DNA of 64,000 bases from Octopus sinensis. Its lineage: Eukaryota. Numbering within the stretch: position 1 is the stretch's first letter; every line of letters starts with the position of its first letter. The notes under the pieces were generated by a model. It did not search any database. It saw only the letters and a program-made list of their open reading frames with translations, and was not told the DNA's origin. Made by a program: the position numbers and the translations under genes. The stretch spans positions 41,044,001-41,108,000 of the forward strand of contig NC_043004.1 of the NCBI RefSeq assembly GCF_006345805.1, given 5' to 3'. Positions 23,018-36,223 of this stretch are shown here, one piece after another.

Positions 23018-24096
23018 CCCTTTCGTTACTATATTTCTGACCAAATTACACCCCTTATGTGTTTCAATTAATTTCTAACGTAATCATAAATTTAGTCTGG
23101 TTTCATTAAACAACTATAACTTTTTTATTTATCGATATATTAATCTGATTTTTGGAAGATAATTTAATGAAATATTCTCAACCAATTCTATACTATAATT
23201 TTTGTCACAAAGTGACTCTATTTGCAGGTAGATACAGGTAAATTCCACAAAATATAAAATTATTAAAATTTTGTTCAAACATCGCTATAGAAAATATTAG
23301 CTAATATTCAATTGGGTATACAACAAAATTTTACGATAGAATTTGTTATTCTGGGTAACTTTCTGATACCCATAATAATATTTATGGCAAAATAGGCCTT
23401 AATTTCATTTAAGGTTGTGGGAAATAAACTATCCTTTCTTTCGTTTTGTTTACGTTTAGCGTAACGGTTCGTTTTCGCTGTAATGATTTCAAATAGGCTC
23501 ATTCGAAAAAGTAAATAGAAATAGCCTAAGGCTTTACCCTTCTGGGAAAGTCTGTAGCTTGGTCCAGTTTCTGCAGAAAAATCACCGAAAGAAACAGTTT
23601 TTAAATTTTCACTCCATTCAGGTGCCAATTCGTTTTCTTTATCGCTATCGGAGATCTCAGATTCACTGTTTTCACTTTCAGAAAATGAAACATCAGATTC
23701 ATTATCAAATACCATGTGCTTTTTTTTTTCAGTCATAGAGTTAGATTTATGAAGGTCTTCAGTAGAAAATCCTTCGAATTCTGACTCGCTGCTTGATATA
23801 ATGAAATTCGTATCCATTTTTTGTCAGAATTACAAATTTTGAAAACACAATAGGAACAAATTTCGGAAAAAAATCTCCCAAAATTCACGGAATTAAAATT
23901 ACACTTCGATTATTGTACAAAACTGTAGTTGAACTGTTTACGAAGTATAATACGTGTTTTCACGAATGTACTGAAGAGATTTGCTCTGATATTCTCATTT
24001 AAATATGAATAGGTAAATTTGGGCGGCTTTGGGCGGTTTGGTTTCATAAACCAAAATTTTTTTCGGGCGGCTTTGGGCGGTTTGGTAACGAAAGGG
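23018..24096 (-). mobile_element. Internally deleted piggyBac element with N-terminal transposase ORF (23817-23308)
   Basis: TTAA|ccctttcgttac...gtaacgaaaggg|TTAA termini (TSD at 23014-17 and 24097-100). Acidic N-terminus, then TGPS...YFYLLF...TNRYA...EIKAYFAINIIMGIRKLP. Confidence 0.9.
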
Positions 24097-24493
24097 TTAA
24101 ACAAAACTCTTGGAAATGATGGGGGACGTTTCTTCTTCTTTTTGCTCAAAAGATCATTTCCAAGGGTGTTGTCAAGAAGGAGAAAAAAAAATCTGAAAAA
24201 TCCCCATCAAAACAGAAAAATTCCAACTTATGTGGGCATCCTGATCAGAAACTATTTACTCAAGAAAAAAAAAGGTTAACTTAGCATAGTCAATTGAATT
24301 GACTAATACATTACCACCGGTATTCATTTTAATCCCAGAGGGATGAAAAATTATATGAAAATTCAGAAAAAAAAAGGGACAAAAATGCTGACAGATAATT
24401 TAATCCATCAGCCAACAGTTGTTTTCAACAAACAATTTTCCTTCAAATTTTTCCCATTTACCTTAAATTGAAAAATTACTCTATGGCTGTTAC

Positions 24494-24810
24494 TTACAAA
24501 TCTTCAAAGGACTTCTTTCGTTTCAAAGGAGACAATGTCCTCTTCTCTGTTTTCGCCTTTGAAGCTTTCATTTCGCACTGCTCAAGAGACTCTTTCTCTC
24601 GTTTCTTTTCGTGGCTGTTAGGAGCTGTGACCAACAGGTGGGACAGCAACCCGTCGGCTGTCGGTTCTCCTTGGTATTTACTGTAAAGGATGATAGCTGC
24701 CTGTATGGAAAGGACTCTATCGTGGTTCTTTTCACCTTCAAAGAGGTCCCAGTAGATGCTGTGTTCCCAAATGTGCTTAATGAAACATACTTTGCTCTTG
24801 TAGAGTTTAC
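24494..24810 (-). CDS. Single-C2H2 zinc-finger protein, coding exon 2 (terminal)
   Basis: Polypyrimidine-AG acceptor (ttttttttacttgtag). A phase-1 join with exon 36224-36431 builds CSICGKLYKSKVCFIKHIWEH (C-x2-C-x12-H-x3-H). Open to the stop at 24494. Confidence 0.85.
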
Positions 24811-25179
24811 CTACAAGTAAAAAAAAAAGAACCAAGACGTAAACATTAGTGTTAAAGCACAAAAGCCATGAGGTTAAAGTGTTTGGGCGATTTACCTACA
24901 AAAGTGAATCAACTGAGAATACTCAAGCTGACTAGTATCACATACACAGGTTCTCAGTTCAAACCACATTGCATGCCTTTAACCCTTAGCATTCAGGTTA
25001 TTCCGTCAAATATATTGCCTGTTTATTCACATATCTGAATTAATCATGCATTATTTTCATATCTTTGGGGATTTTGGTGATTTGACTTTATTTTTAGAAC
25101 ATGCAAGTAAAATAGTAAATTTGGGGATCCACAGTAGTATTTTAAGGGTCTATGAAAAAATTTGATTTAGATGTATTTA

Positions 25180-25770
25180 TGAGGTCTGATCAATAAGTAT
25201 CCGGACTGTTGCCATAGTAACGAAGCTAAAGCACACAGAGTGAAGCTACTCGGCACAGGTTGACCTTGAACTCTGCTGTGTATGCGCACTAAGTTTTAAC
25301 GTTCTAGCTCACTTCCACTGATTACAGCAGTGCTTGGAAGGAAGGTGTGTAGCGTGTGATTGTTGCATTGACCATGACAGAGAAAGTTGTCATAGCAATA
25401 CCTATGCAAAGTTGCAAAAAGTGTATGGAGAGGAGTGTATGAGCTGCACAAAAGTGTACGAATGGTTTAGACATTTCCAAGATGGCTGAAAAAATGCTGA
25501 TATCGACAAATGTTCTGGGAGACCAGCAACTAGCAGAACTGAGAAAAACATCACTGATGTGCATACAGCTGTGAGGGGAAATTGTCAAATCACCATCCAT
25601 GAGTTACCAGAGGATGTGCAGATTAGTTATAGTTCAGTTCAGTCCATTATCACTGAAGATTTGGGTATGAGACTCTTGTCTGCCAAGTTAGTGCCAAAAT
25701 ACTTTCAGCTGAACAAAAAGATACACAGGTTACTATAGCAATAGTCCGGATACTTATTGATCAGACCATG
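25180..25770 (+). mobile_element. Non-autonomous mariner element with transposase HTH fragment
   Basis: TA-flanked TIRs gaggtctgatcaataagtatccggact / agtccggatacttattgatcagacc. The internal sequence encodes VYGEECMSCTKVYEWFRHF...SGRP...IITEDLGMR..SAKLVPK. Confidence 0.85.
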
Positions 25771-26659
25771 TATTGCTAGAAACAGCAGTTTCTTTTCCTA
25801 ACATTTTACATACTTCAAACTACACAATGTGAATGTGTGAAAAACAAAATAGAAATTATGAAAGAAGTATCAATAAAAATGGTTTTTAAACATCAAAAGG
25901 TGGGGGGGGGGCAAAAAAGTTATCAAAGGGGGCCATAAATAAAATGGTTATGACCCATTGTTTTAGTGTTTGAACCGACAAGATCTGGCCTTTCACACCT
26001 ACTCTACAATGTCATTTTAAGAGTTTTGTAAACTTGCATATACTAAATAATAAAACAAACTTGAAAAAATACAAAACTAGTTTTTTTTCGATCACTTTAT
26101 TCCCTATGCCCAGTGATTGCAAATGGACTAGTTCATGCCGGAAAGGTTATTTTTCTGCTGGTTCTTAAGACTAAGTACGCATCTTACCTAGTCAACCTGG
26201 AATAAGCAAGACATTTTCATTTAATACCTACTATACACTAATGGGCATTTCTGTGAAACCAAACTTAAGAACCAATAAATGTGTTATGCTGGGTGCTTTC
26301 ATTTTATGTCTTCAGCTTCTCAATTTAAATACAGGCAGGGTTGTGTGGGGAAGTCCAGCCCCATTGCACAAACCTTGGCAAAATACCCTCTACTATTGCC
26401 TCCAGTTGACCACAGTAAAATCAGACAGAAACTGCATAGCAACTTGGCATATTGTCACCAATATTCTATACTTTCATGGGGTAGACAGAATTTACTGAGG
26501 AAGATTTCCTATGATTGGATGCTCTTCCTGTTGCCAAACCTCAGCTTTTTCCAAGCAAGATATTTTCTCATAACCATAAATGTTTTTCATGGAAAACTGG
26601 AAACAAAACTTGTCTGATTAAACACTGTCTACATGAGGCTACACATATCTTTTACTGGT

Positions 26660-26955
26660 TTCAGTTGTTTGACCATGGCCATGCTGGGACACTGCCTTGA
26701 AGGGTTTTAGTCAAAAAATTGATGCTAGGCCTTAATTTTTTAAAGCCTAGTACTTATTCTATGGGTCCCGAATCACTAAACTACGGAGATGTAAACACAC
26801 AACCACACTCTATATGACGGGCTTTTTCAGTCTCCATCTACCAAATCCACTTACAAAGCTATAGTAGAAAACATTTGCCCAGGGTGCCATGCAGTGGAAC
26901 TGAACCCAGAACCATGTACTTGAGAAGCAAGTTTCTTACCACATGGGCATGCTTG
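26660..26955 (-). mobile_element. tRNA-head SINE (family B), diverged copy
   Basis: Similar to the reverse complement of 38749-39065. Confidence 0.6.
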
Positions 26956-27242
26956 CACCTATATGAAAGATATATCCATATGACTGCTTCTTTTCAGTTT
27001 CAATCTACCAAACAAATCCAGACCATCACCACAACTGCTTCCATTCTTTTCTTATTTTTTTCTACAGGAACCCATGTTTTTGGTTACAAAGATTCCGAAT
27101 CTAAAAACATTGGCAAAAATCAGCATTTCAAAATTTCAATCCCTACCTCCAATTTTTCACTTTTTACAGAAATTTTTTGGGGCAAAATATGTGGCATTCT
27201 TTTGTTACTGTTAGCAAAGTTGTCATGAAAGCATGTGGTATT

Positions 27243-27440
27243 ATCATCATCATCATCGTTTAACGTCCGCTTTCCATGCTAGCATGGGTTGGACGGTTCA
27301 ACTGGGGTCTGGGGAGCCCGAAGGCTGCACCAGGCCAGTCAGATCTGGCAGTGTTTCTACAGCTGGATGCCCTTCCTAACGCCAACCACTCCGAGAGTGT
27401 AGTGGGTGATTTTATGTGCCACCGACACAGGTGCCAGGCC
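27243..27440 (-). mobile_element. SINE/LINE-tail repeat (family A, (GAT)n tail)
   Basis: catcatcatcgtttaacgtccgctttccatgctagcatgggttggacg...gatgcccttcctaacgccaaccac. Further copies lie near 31040-31357, 46496-46710, 48776-49240, 49327-49640, 51865-52077, 54218-54715, 55480-55750, 59346-59730, 60468-60755 and 61795-61983. Confidence 0.8.
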
Positions 27441-28199
27441 AATTTCCGTAAAAATTTATTTCTTTACTTTTCTTTGGAAGGTGACAACTTGCTTTCAAGA
27501 GTAGAACCGGAAAGAGAGGAAGGCAACATTTGCTTTGAAGTGAGAGCAGGAAGTTGAAAGAGAGGAGAAAGTGAAAATGTATGTATGTGTATATGAAATG
27601 GATGTAAGTGCATGTCTCAGAGAGAGAGAAATAGTGAGTGATGGTGTGCGATGTCATATGTGTATTTTTTTGTATGTATAAGTGGCACTCACTTCCTCTC
27701 TCTTACACACACATCATTCATATACACGTACGTACATACATATTTTTTTGTATATATGCGCACCAAAGAGAGAAAGAGTGAGTGAAGGTGTGTGTTCAGA
27801 TGTTTTTTTTTTTGCATGTATGTCTAAGTGGCTGGGGTTCGTTTTTACATGCATCCTTTGTTAGCAGGTTAGCATGTGCACGTGTGTGTGAAAGAGAGAT
27901 TCCTTTTAACACACCCACTTCAAACCCTACCTATTTCTTTTTTTTTCTTTATTGCCCACAAGGGGCTAAGCATAGAGGGGACAAACAAAGGGATTAAGTC
28001 GATTACATCGACCCCAGTGCGTAACTGGTACTTAATTTATCGACCCCGAAAGGATGAAAGGCAAAGTTGACCTCGGATGGCTGGACGATATAGGATAGTT
28101 GAATCTGTCATCTCTATTAACGAATGGTCTGAAATTAAATTCCAATCTACAAGACATTCATGTCATAATAAAAGACAAGAATTCAATGATCCAATCCCT

Positions 28200-29360
28200 G
28201 GCACCTGTGGGATTGATCCACAATTCTTCAGAATGCTGTAACCAGTGTGTTTCTTTCACTGTGCTATAGAGAATCTGAAGGAAAAATGTGGAGGTGTTTT
28301 GTTAGCCATAGTTATCAAAGCATTAGACAGGATCCCGTTTTTTGGGGGTGCCCATTCACTGTTGACTCTCCTCTTAGAGTTGATGTATCACTGGCCCAAT
28401 ATGGATTGCAGTATGTTGTAATGAGTGAAATTGGAATTGCATCAGAACCATTGGATCTTTTCGGTTTGAACGGCAGTTTTTTCTAGTGGTGTCATATGAA
28501 ATTGTCACCCATAATTATGACCCTAGTATCAATCTATTTTAGGGTTAGGGGTGGGGGGAAGGGTATCTTTTTTTCTTCATAAATGTAAATAAACCCAATC
28601 TGTTTCTTAAACGAGGGACATATTCATACGGCACAGAATGCTTTTTTTTTTTACCTCAATAGACGTCAGTGATTGGTTGAAATTGCAGAAAAAAAACAAC
28701 AAATATCTTACAAACTATAGAATTTTCTCAATAAAGCCAAGAGAAAAACATATTTTATAAACACATTCTACCAGTATACGAAGTTTAAAATTTTCTAGCT
28801 ACCTAGAAATTATGTTAAAAACTGCCGTTCAAACCGTAAAGATCCGAACCATTTGATAATTGGTACAATTACCTCCGCGATATTTGTGCCACGTTGTGCA
28901 CTGATAATTCTGTACAACTTGGAGAACAGAATGTAGTTGTTGAAATTGATGAATCTAAGTTTATGCCCAGGAGGTATCATCGCAGTCGCTATCGGCAAGG
29001 CCACTGGGTTCTTCGAATGACTAAACACAGTAATGCGTTTTAGACCCTGTCCAAGACATAAGTGCAGCCACGTTGTTGCCTATAATTACCAGACACATGC
29101 AGCCAGGAACTAAATTACAGACTGTTGGTAGGCATATAATGCCCTGGCACATCATTCTAGTGTGAACCACAGTGCGAGCTTCATTGATCCCAATGATGCA
29201 ACAATTCACATGAACATAGTGGAAGGTATGTGGGATCATACAAAGGCAAATTATCACAATATGCATGGAGTGTCTGGTTCTTTATTGCAGGAATTTTGTC
29301 GCCAATGTTATAACAAAAATAATACTTCTATGAATTTCATAAAATGCATTAATTTAGCCT
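28200..29360 (+). pseudogene. Merlin transposase remnant interrupted by a MITE
   Basis: WRC...SIRQD before the insert. After it: WYNYLRDICA...VVVEIDESKF..RRYHR...GHWV and VNHS..FIDP...IHMNIVEGMW. Confidence 0.78.
28453..28845. mobile_element. Merlin-type MITE (393 bp) with 8-bp TSD
   Basis: TIRs GGATCTTTTCGGTTTGAACGGCAGTTTT / AAAACTGCCGTTCAAACCGTAAAGATCC. TSD GAACCATT at 28445-28452 and 28846-28853. Confidence 0.9.
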
Positions 29361-29669
29361 AAAATTAATGGAAATATGTTATTTTATATTTATTTATTCC
29401 ATGCACGTTACAATAATTCCGATCACATAATTTTTATATTTTTTGGACTTTTCAAAAAATCATTACAAATTTGTGTTCCACACACGAAAATAACCCACAT
29501 GGCTAGGTAGCATGGTAATAGCATGGCTTGTTACTACAGAAACAGGTATCTATATACCTGTGGCTTTCAACTGGATAAAATTACCCAAAATTTGAAAATT
29601 ATAAATGCTAATTTACTTTTTATTTTCAATGTCTGAAGAGAAGTGTGTACCTTAGTTGTTAAAGAAATG

Positions 29670-30990
29670 GCATCAGCAAGTAGCGATTCCGACTTTGAAG
29701 GTTTTACTCTTGACGATATAGAAAATATAAATGAAAACAAGAGTATTTTGTCTTCGGACAAATCTGATATCGATATTAGTGAATATTCATCAGATGAGGA
29801 AGATTTTGGAAACGAAAGTGATATCATAAACATGGCAACATGGTTCAAGATTACAATGCCCAATCACTATTCCTGACTTCACAGAAAACACTGGTCCACA
29901 ACACAATTTACCTCCTGATGCTCAACCACTGGACTATTTTAATTTTTACCAGAAAGTTTTTTTTGAAAATGTTGCAGAGGAAAGAAACAAATATGTGCAA
30001 CGTTTAATTTCTATTCACGGAAGAAACGATCCACTATGGCAGCCAACTTATACTGCGGAAATGAGAGCGTTTTTTTTTACAATCAATATTATGTTTGGTG
30101 TTAAACAGCTTCCTCGACTGGAACTACTGGAGTCCTGATATAAGGTATGGCAATCCATATATCTCAAGTATAATGCCGAAGACAAGGTATTCGAAAATAA
30201 CTCAGTATTTGCATTTAACTGATTCTGCCAATGACCCCAAGCAAAAACGACCCAGACTACGATCCCCTGTACAAAGTACGCCCTGTAATTGATTTACTTG
30301 TTAATAATTATAAAGCTGTGTATCTACCTGGGGAAAATCTCAATGTAGATGAAGCCATGATAGGCTATATGGGCAGAGTACATTTTCGGCAGTACATGCC
30401 TGCTAAACCTACTGAATGGGAGATCAAGGTATGGAAAGTTTATGAATCAGAGACTGGATATTGTGTAAACTTTGATGTTTATACAGGTAAAAAAATATAA
30501 TGGAAACGGACCACGTAGATTGGGACATGATGTAGTATGGTCTCTTACTGAACCATCAGCACCAACACCTCTATTTTGATCGTTTTTTTTTTATTCTTCA
30601 GTGGCTTTGGCAGAAAATCTTGCCCATGTAAGTACTTAGACGTACAGTACTGTTATGGGAAACCGTAAAGGTTTACCCCATGAAATTAAAACAAAACTAA
30701 AAAAAAAAAATGAGGGGACATTTTACAAATGCAAAAAGAAAATATTTTAGTTACTGCTTTCAAAGACAAAAGACAGATTTTATTTCTGTCTTCTAATGAA
30801 CAACCTGGTGTTGGCGCTGAGATGAAACCACTAGTGAATATTTGTTATAACAAATATGAGTAGGGTTGATAAATCCAACCAACATCGAGCATATTACCCA
30901 GTTGTTTGACTTGGGAAGAAATGGTGGAGGCACATTTTGTGGTTTTTAGTTAATTTAACTATAGTAAATTCATATATTGTATATGTAAAA
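29670..30990 (+). pseudogene. piggyBac transposase remnant
   Basis: MASASSDSDFEGF..., DPLYKVRPVIDLL...LNVDEAMIGYMGRVHFRQYMPAKP..W.IKVW, then LYFDRFF and KKWWRHILW motifs. Multiple frameshifts. Confidence 0.85.
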
Positions 30991-32301
30991 AGCTACCAAA
31001 GGACTATGACCATTTGAGATTTTGTTTAATGGTTCTGCCTGAGCGGCTAACTGGCGTCTGTGCCAGTGGCACATAAAAAGCACAATTTGAGCGTGTTTGT
31101 TACCAGCGTCGCCTTCCTGGCACGTAAAAAACACAACATTTGGGCGTGGCCGTTGCCAGTACCGCCTGACTGGCTATCGTGCTGGTGGCACGTAAAAGCA
31201 CCCACTTGGAGTGGTTGGTGTAAGGAAGGGCATCCAGCTGTAGAAACTCTGCCAGATCAGATTGGAGCCTGGTGCAGCCATCTGGTTCGCCAGTCCTCAG
31301 TCAAATCGTCCAACTCATGCTAGCATGGAAAGCGAATGTTAAACGATGATGATGATGAATTCATTAGTAGTACCTTTTGAACTGGCAATCATTAAACTGA
31401 GATTCTGAATCCCACCCCCGAAAAATTACAGCACACAAAACATTTTCTCAGAAATTTACTTCAACAGTTCTAAAATATAGAAGAGCATGTTAAGCTGGAT
31501 ATTAGAGAAACAAATGAAGCAAGAACGAACCTTAGCCACTTAGACATACATGTAAATAAAACAAAACAAAAAAAAAATCAGAACATATCTTCACTCACTC
31601 ACACATGCATGCTAACTTGGATTTTACAGAAACAAAGGAAGCAGGTAAGAATGAACCCCAGCCACTTAGAACATACATGCAGAAAAAAAAAACCCCCAAA
31701 AAATGCCAACCAAATACATACATACAAAAAGGATGTATACATATGTATATATGTATGTGCGTGTATATGAAAAAATGTTTGTGAGAGAGTGCCACTTACA
31801 CATACATGACATTACACACCTTCACACTCTCTCTCACACATGTTCAATTCATATACATACAGTGGCCCAGGAACAAAATTTTTACAAACAAGGAGGATTT
31901 TTCCAATCTCAATACCAAAACAAACAGAGATTCAATAATAACTTTTTATCATGAGGGTCGGCTGAAAAGTTAATAGGCTGACCAATATATTCTCATGGAA
32001 TGTGACCAAATGAATATTTTTAAATATTAGGATCTTTTCTGCTTGGCTTCACTTTCTGAAATTTTTCATATTTTATATATTGGTGTAATTTTCCATGCTG
32101 AATCTGATGTTATTCACTCGTTCCAGAAAAACTTTAGAAAAATGTTACAGAGGTTTAAAGTTTGATCATTCTCACGCAATCAGAAAACAGGATTTGGAAG
32201 CTGGCATTTTGTACATGATGACATTATGACAACAAAACATTCAACAATGGGAGTTTTAATGAATAAAGTTTTGTGAAATGTTGGATTAACATATTGTTGA
32301 T

Positions 32302-32600
32302 TTAGTTCATGTGGACATTACACGTTTTTGAAATCAATTGGGACAAAATTGAAGGAATTGTAAAGTGAAAATCAAACAGAAAAGATCCTCTACACACTTC
32401 TTTTGGCATTGCAGTGTTTTGATCCTTGGTGAAAAAGCTATCCTGTAAGTCAGGAGAATTATAAAAACCAAGAAAATCCTCATGAGCATTTATGTCTTCA
32501 GAAACACACCGGACAGTGATTGATGCTAGTTCCATGCCAGAGCAATAAGTGGTACCATCTCAGACAATGCCATTAGACACTCTCCATTTTTCAACTACGT
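32302..32600 (-). pseudogene. hAT (ZMYM1-like) transposase fragment
   Basis: SITVRCVSEDINAHEDFLGFY resembles the hAT DUF4371-region motif. Confidence 0.5.
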
Positions 32601-32699
32601 CATGAAATATTTTGGCAAAGTTTAATCTTATGGTTCAGCATGTTGGTTGTCCTGGGTACATAATCCGACTTACAATGGATCTAGGATACCTGTTGGTTT

Positions 32700-33964
32700 T
32701 CAATATATCTAGGAAGCATGTAGTGTGGGTTACCTTGTCCTCCGTTCTGCTGCACTTACCCTGGATACATTTCTGGCGTGTCCTATTCTGGCACCGAGTG
32801 GAAGTGCTGAATTGTACTGGACAAACATATCTCTACTGGCCGCTTTCCTGTAGAACTCGATGTGGATCTCCCCTTCTTTCGTTATATTCAGTTTGAAGTC
32901 AAGTAGTGTTAGTGATCCAGTGATGTCGGGATGTTCTGTAGTGAACTTCATGTTCATGTCCATGCTATTGAACGTCGTAATATTCTATCAGTCTCTTCAC
33001 GGGAGGATGTGAGTATGAGGATGTCATCTACGTATCTGGTGAAAAAGGCGCATGAGCAGCAGATGTTAAGTGCTCGACGTTCCAGATGGTTCATATAAGT
33101 GATGGCTAGTAGGCCCGACAGACTGGATCCCATGGGGAAACCTGTTGTCTGTGTATGTGGTCCTGGAAATAGAAGTAGGTGTTGACCACGATGGACAAAA
33201 GTTTAAGTATATCAGCTGCGGTAAGTTCGAAGCATTGGATGTTGGACGTTATTATGCAGTCAGTCAATAGGTTGACTGCTGAGTGTGCTGGCACCGTTGT
33301 GTACATTGAGACAACGTCAACACTAAGGGCATATCTGTTTTGCCTGAGTTGGTGTAGGGGCACCTGGTGCAGTCTTTTGATGACTTCGGAGTTCTTGACG
33401 TGTCCAGGAAAGGTGGAGAGTATGGGTTTCAGGATGTGAGAAAGTAACCAGGATATTTTAAATAGAGGTCCTTCCACGCTGAAGACGATGGGTCTAATCT
33501 GGATCGTGTCGCTATTCTTATGCGTTTTAATGAGGTGATAAAATCTGGGTATTCTACTGTTCTTGGTGATGAAGTTGTTCTTAAATTTATTATGTATTTG
33601 CCTCCGTCTACAGATGTCTGTCCATACGGTGTTAATTCGCTCCTCAATGCTGGTCGCACTTATATCTGTCACTTCAGAATATAGCCTGTCATTGCTTAAA
33701 TATTCTAGTGCTAGTCTATCATATAGTTCACAAGAAATCACGCATATTTCTTTTCCTATATCTATCTGATGGTAAGTATACAAGATTTTTGCTTTTTAGT
33801 TTGGTCAGTGTTTTATATTGGGCCTTGGTTAAGTTTGGAGTTATTTTCGATTCCTTCCTTAAGATGTTGGAGATAGACTGTTTCCATCTGAATAGTTTGT
33901 GGTTGAGTTCAAACAAAAAAAAATAATTTATGAATTTCTTTCTCTTCGAAAGTCCTCTTCCCAC
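32700..33964 (-). mobile_element. Penelope-like element (PLE-3) RT remnant
   Basis: NLTKAQYKTL..LPSD, IPRFYHLIKTHK..IRPIV, SVDVVSMYTTVP, RYVDDIL, and FTTEHP...LLDFKL...FYRK motifs. Confidence 0.85.
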
Positions 33965-34974
33965 CCGTCAGAAAAAAATGTCCCCATAAAACTTCGTGTT
34001 TATGACGCATACTGCAGGGGAGAGGAATGGTGTAGCCCCCCCACACACACACACATTTTCTCGCAATTATTGCTTTAAAAAATTTTTTTTATTTCCAAAA
34101 ATCGGTATTTTGAAATACCCCACCCCCAATTTCTTCATTTTTCACTCAGTAGTGTGAGGGGGAATTTCAAAATACCGACTTTTGCCAATTTTTTTGCAGA
34201 TTTGTATTCTCCGTAATCGAAAACAGAGGTTTGTGTAGAGAAAAAAATTAAAAAGAGGGTGATGGGGGGGGGGGGGGAATCGGCATTTTGAAACCACCCC
34301 CATACTGTGATTCTGAAAAAATTCCAAAGATTTCAAAAAAAAAAAAAAAACCCTCCCCCTCGCAATCTACGGCATAAACAGGAAGTTTTGAAACCCTTTT
34401 CGCCATTGCTCATGCGTTAACTGCGACGATAAAAGTGAAACTTTGCAAGTGGTGTGTGTGATGGTAAGCAGCCGTCAAGCAGTCTATGCACATGCTAGAA
34501 ATAACAGTCAAATCTAATTTTGTTTGGTCAATATAAAGACCTTCGCCCGGGAACAAAAAAAAAAATCAGCTAAGGGGGTGGGGGTTACGTAGTGTGTGGA
34601 AAACGAATATGAAAAAAATGTACGCTGACGATCCTGGGGGTGGGGAGGGACTTTCGGAAAATTCACAAGATCTAATTTTTCCGTCATAACTTCCGGTAAA
34701 ATGGCTATATACTTTCACTTCTGACAACTAAAAGCATGACAGTGCCTGAAATTTTTTTCCAGGAATCCCACGTTTTTTAGTTATGGGAGGATCCGATTCC
34801 GAAAAGTATTTTTTCAAAAAAATCGCGTTTTCAAAATTTCAATTACCCCCACTCCCCACCCTTCCCGGAATTTATTAATTTTTTTGCGAAATACATAGAA
34901 AAATAAGATTACGACTCTGAAAAAAAAAAAGGTTTGTAAAATTTCAATATATATAAACATATATATAGCCCCAG

Positions 34975-35461
34975 GCCTTCAAGCAGGCTATCCACATGCT
35001 AGAAATAACAGCCAAACCCCACAAACCTGCGATAACAATGTAATCAATCTACTCACCTTTCTGCAAAGATTTCTTTCAGAGTAATTTCCCGCACTAATAT
35101 AAATAAGTAATTCATGTGAAATTAAAGTTTTTTTTCTTTTAAACTTTTTTCGAAATTTTCCCCCATCAATCTATGTGGGAAAATACGGAGATTTAGAATA
35201 TGGAAAATAAATAAACAAATTCAAATTTTAATTTAATTTTTTATGAAAAATTCCGACCTAAAATTCCCCAGCCATCCCGCCGTCTAAATGTGAAAAATGA
35301 ACGGTTGTTTCGAAAGTTAAGGAGAAAAAAAAAAAACTTTAATTTTGGCAATTACTCCGAAAGAAATCTTTGCAGAAAGGAGAGTAGTTTGATTACATTG
35401 TTATCGCAGGTTTGTGAGATTTGGCTGTTATTTCTAGCATGTGGATAGCCTGCTTGAAGGC
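34975..35461. repeat. Inverted-repeat element with ~115-bp arms
   Basis: gccttcaagcaggctatccacatgctagaaataacagcc...gagtaatt (34975-35090) is inverted at 35349-35461. No TSD is seen. The core catgctagaaataacagc recurs many times in the window. Confidence 0.7.
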
Positions 35462-35480
35462 GTGTGTGTGTATATGGGAT

Positions 35481-35838
35481 GGAAGCACTCCGTCGGTTAC
35501 GACGACGAGGGTTCCGGTTGATCCGAATCAACGGAACAGCCTGCTCGTGAAATTAACGTGTAAGTGGCTGAGCACTCCACAGACACGTGTAACCTTGGGG
35601 ATATTCAGCGTGACACAGAGAGTGACAAGGCCGGCCCTTTGAAATACAGGTACAACATAAACAGGAAGTAAGAGTGAGAGAAAGTTGTGGTGAAAGAGTA
35701 CAACAGGGATCACCACCATCCCCTGGAGCTTTAGGTGTTTTTGCTCAATAAACACTCTCAACGCCCGGTCTGGGAATCGAAACCGCGATCCTATGACTGC
35801 GAGTCCGCTGCCCTAACCACTGGGCCATTGCGCCTCCA
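35481..35838 (-). mobile_element. tRNA-derived SINE (family D)
   Basis: On the minus strand the head reads ggaggcgcaatggcccagtggttagggcagcggactcgc...ttcgattcccag (A/B boxes). A near-identical copy is at 48168-48539; related copies are at 50205-50540 and 57150-57440. Confidence 0.85.
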
Positions 35839-35996
35839 CTGTGTGTGTATGTGTTTTGGAAAACTGAAATTTTACAAACCAATTTTTTTCAGAATCACTA
35901 TCTTATTTTTCTACGTATTTCCGGAAAGAAAAAAAATTCCGAGGGAGAAATTGAAATTTTGAAAATGCGATATACTAGAACCGTAAGATTGCCACG

Positions 35997-36150
35997 GGCG
36001 ATCCTTCGGTATAGGTACCGTAAGTGGCGTTGTTTACCTTTCTGAAGATAACAGAAACCCTTTTCTCCCACTCCTAACCTTAAGCCCCATATATATATTA
36101 AAAAAAAACACTTTCTTGAAATGTATCCGGTACTTCCGGTACCTATACAC
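35997..36150. mobile_element. Short MITE related to the host element at 40814-45122
   Basis: ggcgatccttcggtata...gaagataacagaaac...cactttcttgaaatgtatccgg matches the reconstructed empty host MITE. Confidence 0.6.
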
Positions 36151-36223
36151 CCATATTTATGAAAAGAAATTACAGCAAATATGCAAGTGTATATGAACGA
36201 TAAGCTAAAATAAACTGACTTAC

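Noticed and set aside
26188-26196. Possible 9-nt microexon (ag|GTTGACTAG|gtaaga) in the zinc-finger intron, minus strand
   Set aside because: In the required phase it reads through TGA and would disrupt the finger spacing.
35760-35838. tRNA-like sequences here and at 38749, 48460-48539, 50205 and 57370-57440
   Set aside because: These are tRNA-derived SINE heads continuing into SINE bodies, with no complete cloverleaf.
35898-36223. C-terminal part of the 177-aa ORF 35898-36431
   Set aside because: It lies past a strong gtaagt donor and runs through a MITE; only 36224-36431 is coding.
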